64,000 nucleotides of DNA from Pseudomonadota bacterium (GCA_043821645.1 JBDRCO010000068.1:192001-256000), one strand, 5' to 3'; shown: positions 19,751 through 29,707, counted from the first letter of the stretch. Notes: a model not told the origin generated them from the sequence alone. Numbers and translations: made by a program.

Positions 19751-21088
19751 TCACCAGCCAAAGAACTCGCGGATGCGCTGGAAGGGACGCCACTCGTCGG
19801 CAGCCTTGGGGTTGTCCTTGATCCAGTCCGTGGGGCGGTTGCGCTGGCCCTCGGGCACCACCAGCGAGCCCACGTAGTCCGCGCTCTTGTAGACCTTGCC
19901 GATGCTGTCGGCGACGTCGACCAGGTCCTGGTCCGACACCACGCCATTAGAGGTGGCCTTGTAGAACTGCACGGTGATGCGGATGGGAAAGCGCGTGTCG
20001 CGCTCGAGCTTGTAGTTCTGCATCTCCTCGAAGGGCCCCAAGTCGTCGCCGTGACCCAGCACGGCCTTCTCCACGTCGGAGCGCATGGCACTCTTGGCCG
20101 ACGGTGCCGGGGCTTCTGCCGCCATCGGGGCCATGTCGTCCATGGCCGCACCCGCGGACGCCTCCATCTCCATGCCCTGCATGTAGCCACGGTTCTCGTG
20201 CTTGAGCGGCACCTGGATGATCATCATCATATCGGCGCCCTCCTCCAGCGCACCCTCGTCACTGGGCTTGGCCTGGCCGCTCTCGATGCGCGCCTTGACG
20301 TCGCTCTTGCGCTCGGCGGTGAACACGGTCTTCTGACCTGCGTTGTTGTAGAACAATTGCTGGCCCCAGCCCTGCGAGCTCTGGTCACCCCCGCGATTGT
20401 CGATGACCGTGGCGCTGGTGCCCTCGCGCGTGGCGAGCAAGGTGAGCATCGCCGGGTTGCCGGGCGCAGACTGGTAGTTGAACAGCACGGGGTTGAACTC
20501 GGCCTTGCCACTCTTGGGGATGGGCAGGAACACGTGCTGGGCGCTGACCAGGAAGTGCGAGTCCTTGTCCGCCATGAAGTTGCCATTGCCCTGCAGGGTG
20601 TCGGCGTGGCTCAGGTACTCCTTGAGGTTGGACAGCACTTCCTTGAGGGGGACGGCCACGGGCTTGCCGCCCTTTTGCTGGTTGCCGACGCGAATCCACA
20701 GCTTGTCGACGGGGATATCGCCGGTCTTGTCCTCGAAGTTGGGGTAGCGGATGACCGGCAAAAGGTGGGTTTGCCAGCTGTTGTTGCCAAGGTTCTCGCG
20801 CACCTGCAGGGTCAGGTCGCTGATGTTGGGACCCACCGACGAGCCGCCGGCACGCCCCGTGTCTTCCCACATCACGTTGACCACGTTGAAGCCATGGCTC
20901 TGGGCGCGCTGCTGCAGGTCACCGTCCGACGGCATGCTGACGACCTGCTGGATGACCTCGCCAAAGCTCTTCTCGCGGATGCCCCATCCTGTCTCCGCAT
21001 GACTCCTGGGGGCCACAAGGGCCAGGGTCAATCCCCCCAGGACCAGTGCCCGCTGCCCGTACCGACGATGTGCTTGCTCTCGTGTCAT
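19751..21088 (-). CDS. Exported hypothetical protein of unknown family
   Basis: GGAGGG RBS; signal peptide ending SHA; motif-like blocks WEDTGR..SSVGPNISDL, FNYQS, RITVQFYK; very strong GC3 bias. Confidence 0.85.
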   Translation of the reverse strand: MTREQAHRRYGQRALVLGGLTLALVAPRSHAETGWGIREKSFGEVIQQVVSMPSDGDLQQRAQSHGFNVVNVMWEDTGRAGGSSVGPNISDLTLQVRENLGNNSWQTHLLPVIRYPNFEDKTGDIPVDKLWIRVGNQQKGGKPVAVPLKEVLSNLKEYLSHADTLQGNGNFMADKDSHFLVSAQHVFLPIPKSGKAEFNPVLFNYQSAPGNPAMLTLLATREGTSATVIDNRGGDQSSQGWGQQLFYNNAGQKTVFTAERKSDVKARIESGQAKPSDEGALEEGADMMMIIQVPLKHENRGYMQGMEMEASAGAAMDDMAPMAAEAPAPSAKSAMRSDVEKAVLGHGDDLGPFEEMQNYKLERDTRFPIRITVQFYKATSNGVVSDQDLVDVADSIGKVYKSADYVGSLVVPEGQRNRPTDWIKDNPKAADEWRPFQRIREFFGW

Positions 21089-21245
21089 GGTGTCCCTCCG
21101 TTGCGACCCTTCCCTGCAACGCATCAGGCCGCGCAGGGATCCGAAGCGTGCGTCGGATCACGCGGGCGCGCAAGCCGGGGCCACCTGTCAGCGGGTGGTG
21201 ACAACCCACCGACCCGTGATTGAATCGCCGCCACAGGAGGTGATG

Positions 21246-22241
21246 ATGGCCATCCGGATGGGCTACTGGGACTGCCAGCACTGCAAGCATTCCAGGATCG
21301 AGGGACCGCAGCGGCAGTGCCCGCAGTGCGGTCGGCCCCGGGACGATGGCGTGCAGTTTTACACCACCGACGACGCTCCCGAGATCGATGATCCGTCCCT
21401 GTTGCAGCACGCGCGCGCCGGTGCGGACTGGCACTGCCCCTTCTGTGACACCGACAACCCGGCGGGGCAGCTTTCCTGCCTGAGCTGTGGAGGCTCCGAT
21501 CCCAGCGCCAAGAAGCGCGAGCAGCGCATCATCCTCGATGAACCCGCATCTCCGGTGTCCTCGCCGTCTCCACAGCGAGCAGCCGTCCCTGGCGCCGCGA
21601 ACTCGAAGAAGAGCGGCAAGGGAGGGCTGTTCATCATCCTCGCCGTGCTGGCGCTGGTGGGTCTCGGTATCTGGTTCCTGTTCCTGCGCACCAAGCCACT
21701 CACCGTCACTGTCGAGAAAGCGACCTGGATCAAGACCCTGGTGGTGGAGCGCCAGGAAACCAGGACCGAGTCCAAGTGGGCCGACGAGCTACCCTCGGGG
21801 GCACGCGAGGTCAGGCGCGAGATGCGCGGCCGTGACCGCAAGGTCCAGGACGGCACCGAGCGCGTCAAGGTGGGCAAGAAGGACCTGGGCAATGGCCTGT
21901 TCGAGGACGTGTACGAGGACAGGCCGAAGACCGTGACCCGCAAGGTCGATGAGCCCTGGGTCACCTTCGAGATCGAGCGCTGGGTGCAAGACCAGACCCT
22001 GAAGGAGCAGCGGGAAGACGGCAGCGAGCCACCCGCCCCGAGCTTCACAGCCGCGCCACGACGGCGTGCCGGAGCCCGCGAAAGCTATGTCTCCCTCGAG
22101 CTCGCGGGAGACAAGAAGCACTACACGTACCGCGTCGATGTCAAAGATGCGGCGAGCCAGCAGCGCGCCCTGGGCTACAAGGTCGGGCACAAGGTCACGG
22201 CGATGATCAATGCAGTGGGCGGTGTTCGCGAACTGAAGTAG
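21246..22241 (+). CDS. Membrane protein with two N-terminal RanBP2-like zinc fingers
   Basis: WDCQHC...CPQCG and WHCPFC...CLSCG; TM LFIILAVLALVGLGIWFLFL; AGGAGG RBS. Confidence 0.85.
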   Translation: MAIRMGYWDCQHCKHSRIEGPQRQCPQCGRPRDDGVQFYTTDDAPEIDDPSLLQHARAGADWHCPFCDTDNPAGQLSCLSCGGSDPSAKKREQRIILDEPASPVSSPSPQRAAVPGAANSKKSGKGGLFIILAVLALVGLGIWFLFLRTKPLTVTVEKATWIKTLVVERQETRTESKWADELPSGAREVRREMRGRDRKVQDGTERVKVGKKDLGNGLFEDVYEDRPKTVTRKVDEPWVTFEIERWVQDQTLKEQREDGSEPPAPSFTAAPRRRAGARESYVSLELAGDKKHYTYRVDVKDAASQQRALGYKVGHKVTAMINAVGGVRELK

Positions 22242-22254
22242 CCAGCGGTCTGCG

Positions 22255-23136
22255 TCAGCGAACGATGTCGCCGCTGTGTACGTCCCAGACGTAGAAACCC
22301 CGCCCAGTTTTTCTACCGAGTTCACCCGCAGCTACCTTGTCGCGCAGGATCTGCGGCGGCTGGTACTGCTCTCCGCCGATCTCCCGGGCCAGGATCTCGG
22401 CGATGGCCAGGCGCACATCAAGCCCGACGTGGTCGGTGAGCTTGAGCGGACCCATGGGGTGCCGGTAGCCAAGCTCGAGGGCCTTGTCGATGTCCTCGGC
22501 CGAGGCCACGCCCTGCTCCACCATGCGCATGGCCTCGAGTCCCAGCACGATCCCCAGACGGCTCGACGCGAAGCCAGGCGTGTCCCTGACCACGATGGGG
22601 TCCTTGCCCAGACCCCGGGCCACGGACAGCGCGAAGTCCCGCGTCGTCGCTGGCGTGCTCGGGGCCACCACCACCTCCACCAGTTGCATGGCATGCGCCG
22701 GGTTGAAGAAATGCATGCCCACGACGCGCTCGGGGTGCTCGAGGCCCTGCGCCAGCGCCTGGATGGACAGCGAGGAGGTGTCGCTGGCCAGCACGGCGCG
22801 TCCAGCCGCCTCGCGCTCGAGCTTGCGGAACAGACGCTGCTTGATGGCCAGGTCTTCGACCACCGACTCGATCACCAGGTCCACGTCCGCGCAGGCCTCG
22901 CACATGGACGGGACCACGTGGACCCGTGCCAAAGTGGCGTCTCGGTCCGCGGCGCTGAGCTTTGCCCTCGCCACACTGCTCTCGAAGAACTGGGCGATGC
23001 GCTGTGGCGCCTGGGCAAAGGATGCTTCGTGGTAGGTGGTCAGCCACACCTCGTGGCCTCGGGCGGCGGCCAGCTGGGTGATACCCCGGCCCATGGTGCC
23101 CGCGCCGATGACGGCGATCTTGAGCTGCTGTTCCAT
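22255..23136 (-). CDS. 3-hydroxyacyl-CoA (3-hydroxybutyryl-CoA) dehydrogenase
   Basis: VIGAGTMGRGI, ESVVEDL, TSSLSI, GMHFFNP, PMGPL, LGRKTGRGFY. Confidence 0.95.
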   Translation of the reverse strand: MEQQLKIAVIGAGTMGRGITQLAAARGHEVWLTTYHEASFAQAPQRIAQFFESSVARAKLSAADRDATLARVHVVPSMCEACADVDLVIESVVEDLAIKQRLFRKLEREAAGRAVLASDTSSLSIQALAQGLEHPERVVGMHFFNPAHAMQLVEVVVAPSTPATTRDFALSVARGLGKDPIVVRDTPGFASSRLGIVLGLEAMRMVEQGVASAEDIDKALELGYRHPMGPLKLTDHVGLDVRLAIAEILAREIGGEQYQPPQILRDKVAAGELGRKTGRGFYVWDVHSGDIVR

Positions 23137-23191
23137 GTGACGACGTTCTCCGCCGCCCCCGACGAACCAGAACAGGCGAGCGGGACTTCGC

Positions 23192-23767
23192 TCAGTAGTT
23201 GCTGTCCTTGAGTTCGAAGTACTCCTGGCTGTGCAGGCAGGCCGGGCACTTGCCAGGAGCCTCGTTGCCGTCATGGACGTAGCCGCAGTTGCGACATTTC
23301 CATTCGGCCTTCTCGCTCTTCTTGAACACGCTGCCGGCCTCGACGTTGGCGAGGAGCTTGTTGTAGCGATCCTCGTGCGCCTTCTCGACCTTGGCGATCA
23401 TGGTGAAGGCCGCGGCGACCTCGCCGAAGCCTTCCTTCTTGGCCACCTCGGCGAAGGCCGGGTACAGATCGGTCCACTCCTCGTGCTCGCCCGCAGCTGC
23501 AGCCTGGAGGTTCTCGGCCGTGGTGCCGATCTTGCCAGCGGGGTAGGTCGCGGTGATCTCGGTGCCGCCACCCTCGAGGAACTTGAAGAAGCGCTTGGCG
23601 TGCTCCTTCTCGTTGTCGGCGGTCTCCTCGAACAAGGCCGCGATCTGAAGGTAGCCTTCCTTGCGCGCCACGCCGGCCGCGTAGGTGTAGCGATTGCGAG
23701 CCTGGCTCTCGCCGGCAAAGGCCTTGAGCAAGTTCTTCTCGGTCTCGGTTCCCTTGATCGATGCCAT
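23192..23767 (-). CDS. rbr: Rubrerythrin
   Basis: AFAGESQARNRY, EKEHAK, EKAHE di-iron motifs; C-terminal CRNCG...CPAC rubredoxin site. Confidence 0.96.
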   Translation of the reverse strand: MASIKGTETEKNLLKAFAGESQARNRYTYAAGVARKEGYLQIAALFEETADNEKEHAKRFFKFLEGGGTEITATYPAGKIGTTAENLQAAAAGEHEEWTDLYPAFAEVAKKEGFGEVAAAFTMIAKVEKAHEDRYNKLLANVEAGSVFKKSEKAEWKCRNCGYVHDGNEAPGKCPACLHSQEYFELKDSNY

Positions 23768-23825
23768 GCGGTCCTCCTTGCTGTTCGTCACGTGGTGGCG
23801 CGTGCAGCCACGACACCGCTCGTGT

Positions 23826-25337
23826 TCAGTCCTTGACGCCACTGCACAGAGTCAGGAGCTCCGGCACGCGCGAGGTCAGCGCGCCCAGCTCGCGGATCTG
23901 GGTCCCCTTCTCTATCGCGTCCTGGATGGCACGTGCCATGTCCGTGTCACCGAACAGGTTGGCACCCACCAGGGCGCCATCGCGACACACCAGGCGCAGG
24001 TAATCCGAGCCCTCGTCGCGCTCGAACACCTGGTACGAACCGTCCGGAGGGGTGAAGGCACCGATGCTGAACAGGCCCACGTCCAGCACCTTGAGCCGGG
24101 CCGACATGGGCACTGCCTTGTAGTGCAGCTCCGCGCCGGCGGCATTGGCGCCCGCGACCGCGCCCTGGGCGTAGGCCATGGGCCACAGCCCGGCGACCAG
24201 ACCCGCGTGCTCGGCCACGTCGCCCGCGGCAAAGATGTCCGGATCCGAGCTGCGCATGGCGTCGTCGACCACGATGCCATTGTGCACGGCCAGCCCGGCC
24301 TGGCGGGCCAGGTAGCTGTTGGGACGAACCCCCGCCGCCAGCACCACACGGTCGCAGTCCACGACCTCACCGTCGCCCAGGCGCACGCCGTGGGCGGCCT
24401 CGTCGCCGACGATCTCCTCGACCTTGGCTCCGCAGCGCACGGCCAGACCCTGGCCCTCGAGATAGCGGCGCAGGTGCACGCCCGCGGGCTCGGCGAGCTG
24501 TCGCGGCAGCAGCCAGCCGAAGCCCTCGAGCACCTGCACCCTGGCGCCCTGCTTGTTGAGGGCACCCGCGATCTCCAGCCCCAGCAGCCCGCCGCCGATG
24601 ACCACCAGTCGGCTGCCCCGGCTCACCGCTGCCAGTAGTTGCCGGGCATCCGCCAGGCTGCGACAAACCTGCACACCCTGGCGCGAGGCACCAGAGATGG
24701 GAGGCACGAAGGCATGCGCGCCCGAGGCGACGATCAGGCTGTCGTACGGATGCACGGTGCCGTCGCTGAGTACCAGTTCCCGGGTGGCGCGCTCGATGCG
24801 GCGGACCTCGCCCACCTGTCGCAGGATGCGGGTGCGGTTGTACCAGTCCTCGGGCTTGAGGCGCAGGGTCGGCTCGTCCACCTCTCCTGCAAGGTAGCGG
24901 GTCAGGTTGATGCGGTAATAGGGCGCGTCGGGTTCCTTGCCCAGCAAGGTGATGACAGCACCCTCATCTGCGCGGCGCGCAGCCTCGGCCGCGGTCACCC
25001 CGGCAACACCGGATCCGATCACCAGGATGCGCCTGTGCGCCGGGGCCTTGGCCACCGGCACATCCGCGACGGGCTCGAACATCTCGGCGCCGACGTGGCA
25101 CACGGGACAGTGCGGAGGAGCGGTCGGTCCCTCGTGAATGTGGCCGCACAGCTGGCAGCGCCAGAGCGCCGCAGGGGCGGTCGCGGGTGTGGTCGTCAGC
25201 ACGGGTGCCGGGCTCGCCACCTCGAAGGGCGAGAACAACTCGGGCCCGACACCGCAAACCGGACACTGGGCCGGGGGGGCCTCGCCCTCGTGGATGTAGC
25301 CGCAGACGTCGCACTTGAAGGTACTTGGTGCTGCCAT
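23826..25337 (-). CDS. NAD(P)H/FAD-dependent oxidoreductase with two N-terminal rubredoxin-like domains
   Basis: CDVCG..CPVC and CQLCG..CPVC; IGSGVAG, IGGGLLGLE, IFAAGDVA. Confidence 0.92.
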   Translation of the reverse strand: MAAPSTFKCDVCGYIHEGEAPPAQCPVCGVGPELFSPFEVASPAPVLTTTPATAPAALWRCQLCGHIHEGPTAPPHCPVCHVGAEMFEPVADVPVAKAPAHRRILVIGSGVAGVTAAEAARRADEGAVITLLGKEPDAPYYRINLTRYLAGEVDEPTLRLKPEDWYNRTRILRQVGEVRRIERATRELVLSDGTVHPYDSLIVASGAHAFVPPISGASRQGVQVCRSLADARQLLAAVSRGSRLVVIGGGLLGLEIAGALNKQGARVQVLEGFGWLLPRQLAEPAGVHLRRYLEGQGLAVRCGAKVEEIVGDEAAHGVRLGDGEVVDCDRVVLAAGVRPNSYLARQAGLAVHNGIVVDDAMRSSDPDIFAAGDVAEHAGLVAGLWPMAYAQGAVAGANAAGAELHYKAVPMSARLKVLDVGLFSIGAFTPPDGSYQVFERDEGSDYLRLVCRDGALVGANLFGDTDMARAIQDAIEKGTQIRELGALTSRVPELLTLCSGVKD

Positions 25338-25456
25338 GGTCCCCTCTCCTCCTGAATGCGGCACCATAGCGAGCCACGACGATCAGGTCACCGCTCAAAT
25401 GCCCGCCCGCTCACCGGTCGTGGTCAGCAACCGGGAGCTGTGGCAGCATGCCCGAC

Positions 25457-26284
25457 ATGGCGGAGCGGGATCCCAGGACAGGCATGGCGCAGTGGCGTAC
25501 GAAGCTCTACGACGTCATCTTCGAGGCCGATACGCCCATGGGCAAGGGCTTCGATATCGTGCTGCTGGTGGCCATCGTCGCAAGCATCCTGGTCGTGGTC
25601 CTGGACAGCGTGCAGAGCTACAGGGCAGCGTTCGGCGAACAGTTCCGCTACCTCGAATGGTTCTTCACGGCCCTGTTCACCGTGGAGTACGGGTTGCGAC
25701 TGCTCAGTGCTCCGCGACCACTTCGCTATGCTCGCAGCTTCTTCGGTGTCATCGACCTGCTCGCCGTGTTGCCGACCTACCTGAGCCTGTTCTTCGTGGG
25801 TTCGCACTACATGATGGTGGTGCGCTCGCTGCGCCTGGTGCGGGTTTTCCGGGTCTTCAAGCTGGGCCAGTACGTGGGCCAGGCGCGCGTTCTGGGCCAG
25901 GCCCTGCGCCAGAGTCGTCACAAGATCACGGTCTTCGTCGTCACCGTGCTGACAGTGGTAATCATCGTGGCCGCGCTGATGTACGTCATCGAGGGACCCG
26001 AGAGTGGTTTCGACAACCTGCCGCGCGCCATGTACTGGGCCATCGTGACCCTGACCACAGTGGGCTACGGGGACATCGCGCCACGCACTGCCCTGGGCCA
26101 GCTCCTGGCTTCGGTGGTCATGTTTCTGGGCTACGCCATCATCGCCGTGCCTACGGGCATCGTCTCCGTCGAGCTCGCAAACGCCCAGAAGAGTGTGGAG
26201 GCGCGAACCTGTGGTCAGTGCATGAAAGAGGGTCACGATCAGGACGCCGAGCACTGCAAGTACTGCGGTGCGCGCCTTCCCTGA
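25457..26284 (+). CDS. Voltage-gated K+ channel-like ion transporter
   Basis: TLTTVGYGD selectivity filter; S4-like RSLRLVRVFRVFKL; C-terminal CGQC/CKYC. Confidence 0.93.
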   Translation: MAERDPRTGMAQWRTKLYDVIFEADTPMGKGFDIVLLVAIVASILVVVLDSVQSYRAAFGEQFRYLEWFFTALFTVEYGLRLLSAPRPLRYARSFFGVIDLLAVLPTYLSLFFVGSHYMMVVRSLRLVRVFRVFKLGQYVGQARVLGQALRQSRHKITVFVVTVLTVVIIVAALMYVIEGPESGFDNLPRAMYWAIVTLTTVGYGDIAPRTALGQLLASVVMFLGYAIIAVPTGIVSVELANAQKSVEARTCGQCMKEGHDQDAEHCKYCGARLP

Positions 26285-26331
26285 AAGCGCGCTGGCCGAC
26301 ACCAGCCCAGCGCCGGAACACCGAGGAGAAC

Positions 26332-27738
26332 ATGGACATCACCCTTCGTTTCCTGGGCGCCGCACGCAATGTCACGGGCTCCAAGATCCTGGTTGAGGCT
26401 GGCGACCGCCGCATCCTCATCGACTACGGCATGATCCAGGAGTGGAAGCTCAAGGAGCGCAACTGGAACCCGCTTCCGGTGCCGCCATCCTCGGTCGACG
26501 CAGTGCTGCTCACCCATGCACACCTCGACCACTGTGGCCTGCTACCCAAGCTAGTGACCGACGGCTTTGGTGGGGTCATCCATTGCACCGGGGCCACGGC
26601 GGCCCTGGCGCGGGTGGTTCTGCTCGACTCGGCCAGGCTGCAGGAAGAAGACGTCGAGTTCAAGAAGAGGCGGCACACGAAGGAGGGGCGCAAGAGCAAG
26701 AATCCGGTAGCTCCGCTGTACACGGAAAAAGACGTCAAGAACGCCCTGCCGTTGTTTCGTAGCCACCGCTACGACGACGTGGTCGAGGTGGCCGAGGGCA
26801 TCCAGGCGGTGTTCCACGACGCCGGGCACATCCTGGGGAGCTCGATGATCGAGCTGCGAATCAAGCACAACGGTACGCAGCGCACCCTGCTGTTCTCGGG
26901 CGATCTGGGCCGCGCCAACAAGCCCATCTTGCAGGATCCCGAGGCGGCACCGCAGGCGGATGTGGTCGTGATCGAGAGCACCTACGGCAATCGCCTGCAC
27001 ACCGACACTGGAGACGTGCAGCAGTTGCTGGCCGACGTCGTCAACGACACGCGGAAGCGCGGCGGCAACGTCATCATCCCCTCCTTCGCCATCGGCCGCT
27101 CCCAGGAGATGCTGTACCACCTCGCCGAGCTGATGCGCGAGGACAAGATCCCGCACCTGCCGGTGTTCGTCGACAGCCCCATGGCCATCTCGGTCACCGA
27201 CATCTTCGAACAATTTCCCGAGCTGTTCGACGACGAGATGCGCGAGTTGCTGCGCACGCACGAATCGCCCTTCGAGTTCGACACGCTGCAGATGTCGCGC
27301 ACCGCGAGCCAGAGCAAGGCCATCAACCACATTCGCGGCACGGCCATCATCATCGCGGGCTCGGGCATGTGCACCGGAGGCCGCGTCAAGCACCACCTGG
27401 TGCAGAACATCGCGCGCCCCGAGAGCACCATCCTGTTCGTGGGCTATCAGGCCGAGGGCACCCTGGGTGGTGAGATCTCCCGGGGCGGGACCGCGGTGCG
27501 CATCCTCGGCCAGGAGTACCGCGTGCGTGCCCGCGTCGAGCAGATCCACGGCTTCAGCGCCCACGCCGACCAGAAGGAGCTGCAGGACTGGCTCACCGCC
27601 CTGCCCCGGCCACCACGGCGGGTGCTGGTCAACCACGGCGACACCGAGGCCGCTCTCGAACTGACCAAGCTCATCGACGACAGGCCCGGCTGGCAGGCCA
27701 CCGCGCCGGAGCTCGGCGACCGCATCGTCCTGTCCTGA
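26332..27738 (+). CDS. MBL-fold beta-CASP ribonuclease (YSH1-like)
   Basis: LTHAHLDHCG, AGHILGS, FSGDLG, IESTYG, GSGMCTGGR, FSAHAD, NHG. Confidence 0.94.
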   Translation: MDITLRFLGAARNVTGSKILVEAGDRRILIDYGMIQEWKLKERNWNPLPVPPSSVDAVLLTHAHLDHCGLLPKLVTDGFGGVIHCTGATAALARVVLLDSARLQEEDVEFKKRRHTKEGRKSKNPVAPLYTEKDVKNALPLFRSHRYDDVVEVAEGIQAVFHDAGHILGSSMIELRIKHNGTQRTLLFSGDLGRANKPILQDPEAAPQADVVVIESTYGNRLHTDTGDVQQLLADVVNDTRKRGGNVIIPSFAIGRSQEMLYHLAELMREDKIPHLPVFVDSPMAISVTDIFEQFPELFDDEMRELLRTHESPFEFDTLQMSRTASQSKAINHIRGTAIIIAGSGMCTGGRVKHHLVQNIARPESTILFVGYQAEGTLGGEISRGGTAVRILGQEYRVRARVEQIHGFSAHADQKELQDWLTALPRPPRRVLVNHGDTEAALELTKLIDDRPGWQATAPELGDRIVLS

Positions 27739-27805
27739 GATCTCGTCGTCGCGGCGGCGGGCACCTCCCAGGTCACAGCCAGGACTCGCCCCGGGACTCT
27801 CGTCG

Positions 27806-28655
27806 TCAGAGCGCCGTGCCCAGCCTGGCATCGATGGCCTGCAAGGCTGCCACCGCTCCCAGGGCCAGGCTCAGGGTACCCTCCGGGCCACCGGGTTCGC
27901 GCGGATTGATCCGGATCAGGGTGCCGCCGTGCCGCGCTGCCTCGCTCTCGCAGTGCCAGCGGACGGTGGGGATGGCCATGCCCGCTCCGCACTCCACGAC
28001 GACCAACTTGTGGCCTCGCACGGCCCTCAACCACTCTGCGAAGCGAAGATCCTGCTCGGCCGTGCGATGTTCCAGCCAGGCTCCGTCGCCGAACATCAGG
28101 ATGTTGGGTCGCGCCAGACCCTGGCAGCGCGGGCAGCGTGGGAGTGGTGGCTGCGCGCGCAGAGCGCGGGTGTCGACCGCGACCTGCACGCCGTCGGCTG
28201 GCCAGATGGCCTCGCAGCAGGGAGACGCGCACTGCAGGTGATGGATGGAACCGTGGCAAGCCTCGACCTGGTCAGGGGCAAACCCTGCGCGTTCAAACTG
28301 GCCGTCGACATTGCTGGTAAACACGAAGGCGCCCAGCGGCATGCGCCGGCTTATGCGGTGCAAGATCCCGAAACCCGCGTGCGGGGTGGTGGCGCGGTAC
28401 AGGTTGAGGCGATGGCCATAGAAGCCCCAGGCCAGCTCAGGGTCGCGCGCGAACCAGCGAGGATTGGCGAGGTCTGCGAAGCTCAAGCCGAGGCGTTCGG
28501 CGGCGGGATAGGCTTTCCAGAAACCCTGATCACCGCGGAAATCAGGGGAGACCCGAGTCCACTCCCATGCCCGCTCCGGCGCCGATGAGAAGGGCCTCGG
28601 CCCCGGCCACTGCCGCTGCAGCGGCGTCGAAGATGTGATCGGGAATCTCGGTCAT
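27806..28655 (-). pseudogene. Sir2-family NAD-dependent deacylase with a one-base frameshift
   Basis: ATG 28655 gives ALLIGAGAGMGVDSGLP-stop. Removing one base from the G4 run at 28545-28548 restores GLPDFRGDQGFWKAYP and joins TSNVDG, HGS, RPNILMFGD. Confidence 0.85.
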
Positions 28656-28768
28656 GTCGAGGGTCTCACCGCCATGGGACTCCCCCGAGTGTAGCGCGAT
28701 AGCCTCCGGTTCTGCATGCCCTGCGTCCCGTGTTACATGCGGGGTGCGTTGACTCGCGGAGGTGACTC

Positions 28769-29359
28769 ATGGCACGCACGCCCTCGACCATGCTCGCGCT
28801 TGGAACCCCGGCTCCCGACTTCTCTCTGCTTGCACCTGCCACGGGCAGGGATGTGTCCCTGGCGGAGTTCAAGGACGCTCCAGCCCTGCTGGTGATGTTC
28901 ATCTGCAATCACTGTCCCTACGTGAAGCACATCGCCGATGGGCTGGCCGAGTTCTGCTCTCGCAACATGGAGCGCGGCGTGGCCGTGGTCGGCATCAACT
29001 CCAATGACGTCAGTCGCCACCCCGACGACGCACCGGACAACATGGTGCTCGAGGCCCAGGCACGGGGCTACCGCTTCCCCTACCTGTATGACGGGACCCA
29101 GCAGGTGGCCCGGGCCTACCGTGCGGCCTGCACGCCGGACTTCTTCCTCTTCGACCACAGGCAACAGCTCGTATACCGAGGCCAGTTTGACAGTTCACGC
29201 CCGGGCAATGACGTTCCCATCGACGGCCAGGATCTGCAGCGTGCCATCGACGATCTCCTCGCTGGCCGCGACCTCACCGGGGACCAGCGCCCGAGCCTGG
29301 GCTGCAACATCAAGTGGAAACCGGGAAACGAACCCGACTACTTCGCCCGTCCTGCCTGA
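28769..29359 (+). CDS. Thioredoxin-like (AhpC/TSA, peroxiredoxin-like) protein
   Basis: FICNHCPYV, AACTPDFFLFD, YRGQFD, SLGCNIKW. Confidence 0.93.
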   Translation: MARTPSTMLALGTPAPDFSLLAPATGRDVSLAEFKDAPALLVMFICNHCPYVKHIADGLAEFCSRNMERGVAVVGINSNDVSRHPDDAPDNMVLEAQARGYRFPYLYDGTQQVARAYRAACTPDFFLFDHRQQLVYRGQFDSSRPGNDVPIDGQDLQRAIDDLLAGRDLTGDQRPSLGCNIKWKPGNEPDYFARPA

Positions 29360-29391
29360 GCCTGGAGGACCTGCACGCGACCTCCGCCAGC

Positions 29392-29607
29392 TTACTGGTT
29401 GCCGTAGCTGTTGCTCTCCCCGCAGTCCGGGCAGGTCCAGGTGATGCCGTTGCAGCTCAGACCCCAGGCGTTCTCGTCCATGCAGGTCTGGCACATGAAG
29501 AACCCGCAGCGGCATCGCCACAGCATGGGCGCCGGCTCGCGGCACAGCGGGCAGTGCGGCTCCGCATCCCTGGTGCGTCGTGAACGCAGTCCGAGTCTGG
29601 ATCCCAT
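29392..29607 (-). CDS. Small Cys-rich protein, PHD/RING-like zinc finger
   Basis: 71 aa with 9 Cys: CPLC-x9-CRC-x4-CQTC-x9-C-x4-WTCPDC. Confidence 0.7.
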   Translation of the reverse strand: MGSRLGLRSRRTRDAEPHCPLCREPAPMLWRCRCGFFMCQTCMDENAWGLSCNGITWTCPDCGESNSYGNQ

Positions 29608-29707
29608 GGCGTCTGTGTAGCGCACTGCGCAGCTCACGCCCAGCCCGAGCTGAAGCGATCCGCGCCGCGCTTGCTGTCGACGAGGCTGTACCGCTAGCAT
29701 CCCGCCC

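Noticed and set aside
25315-26331. 807-aa ORF suggesting a long N-terminal extension on the beta-CASP nuclease
   Set aside because: The extension overlaps the K+ channel gene in another frame. A GAGGAG RBS supports the start at 26332.
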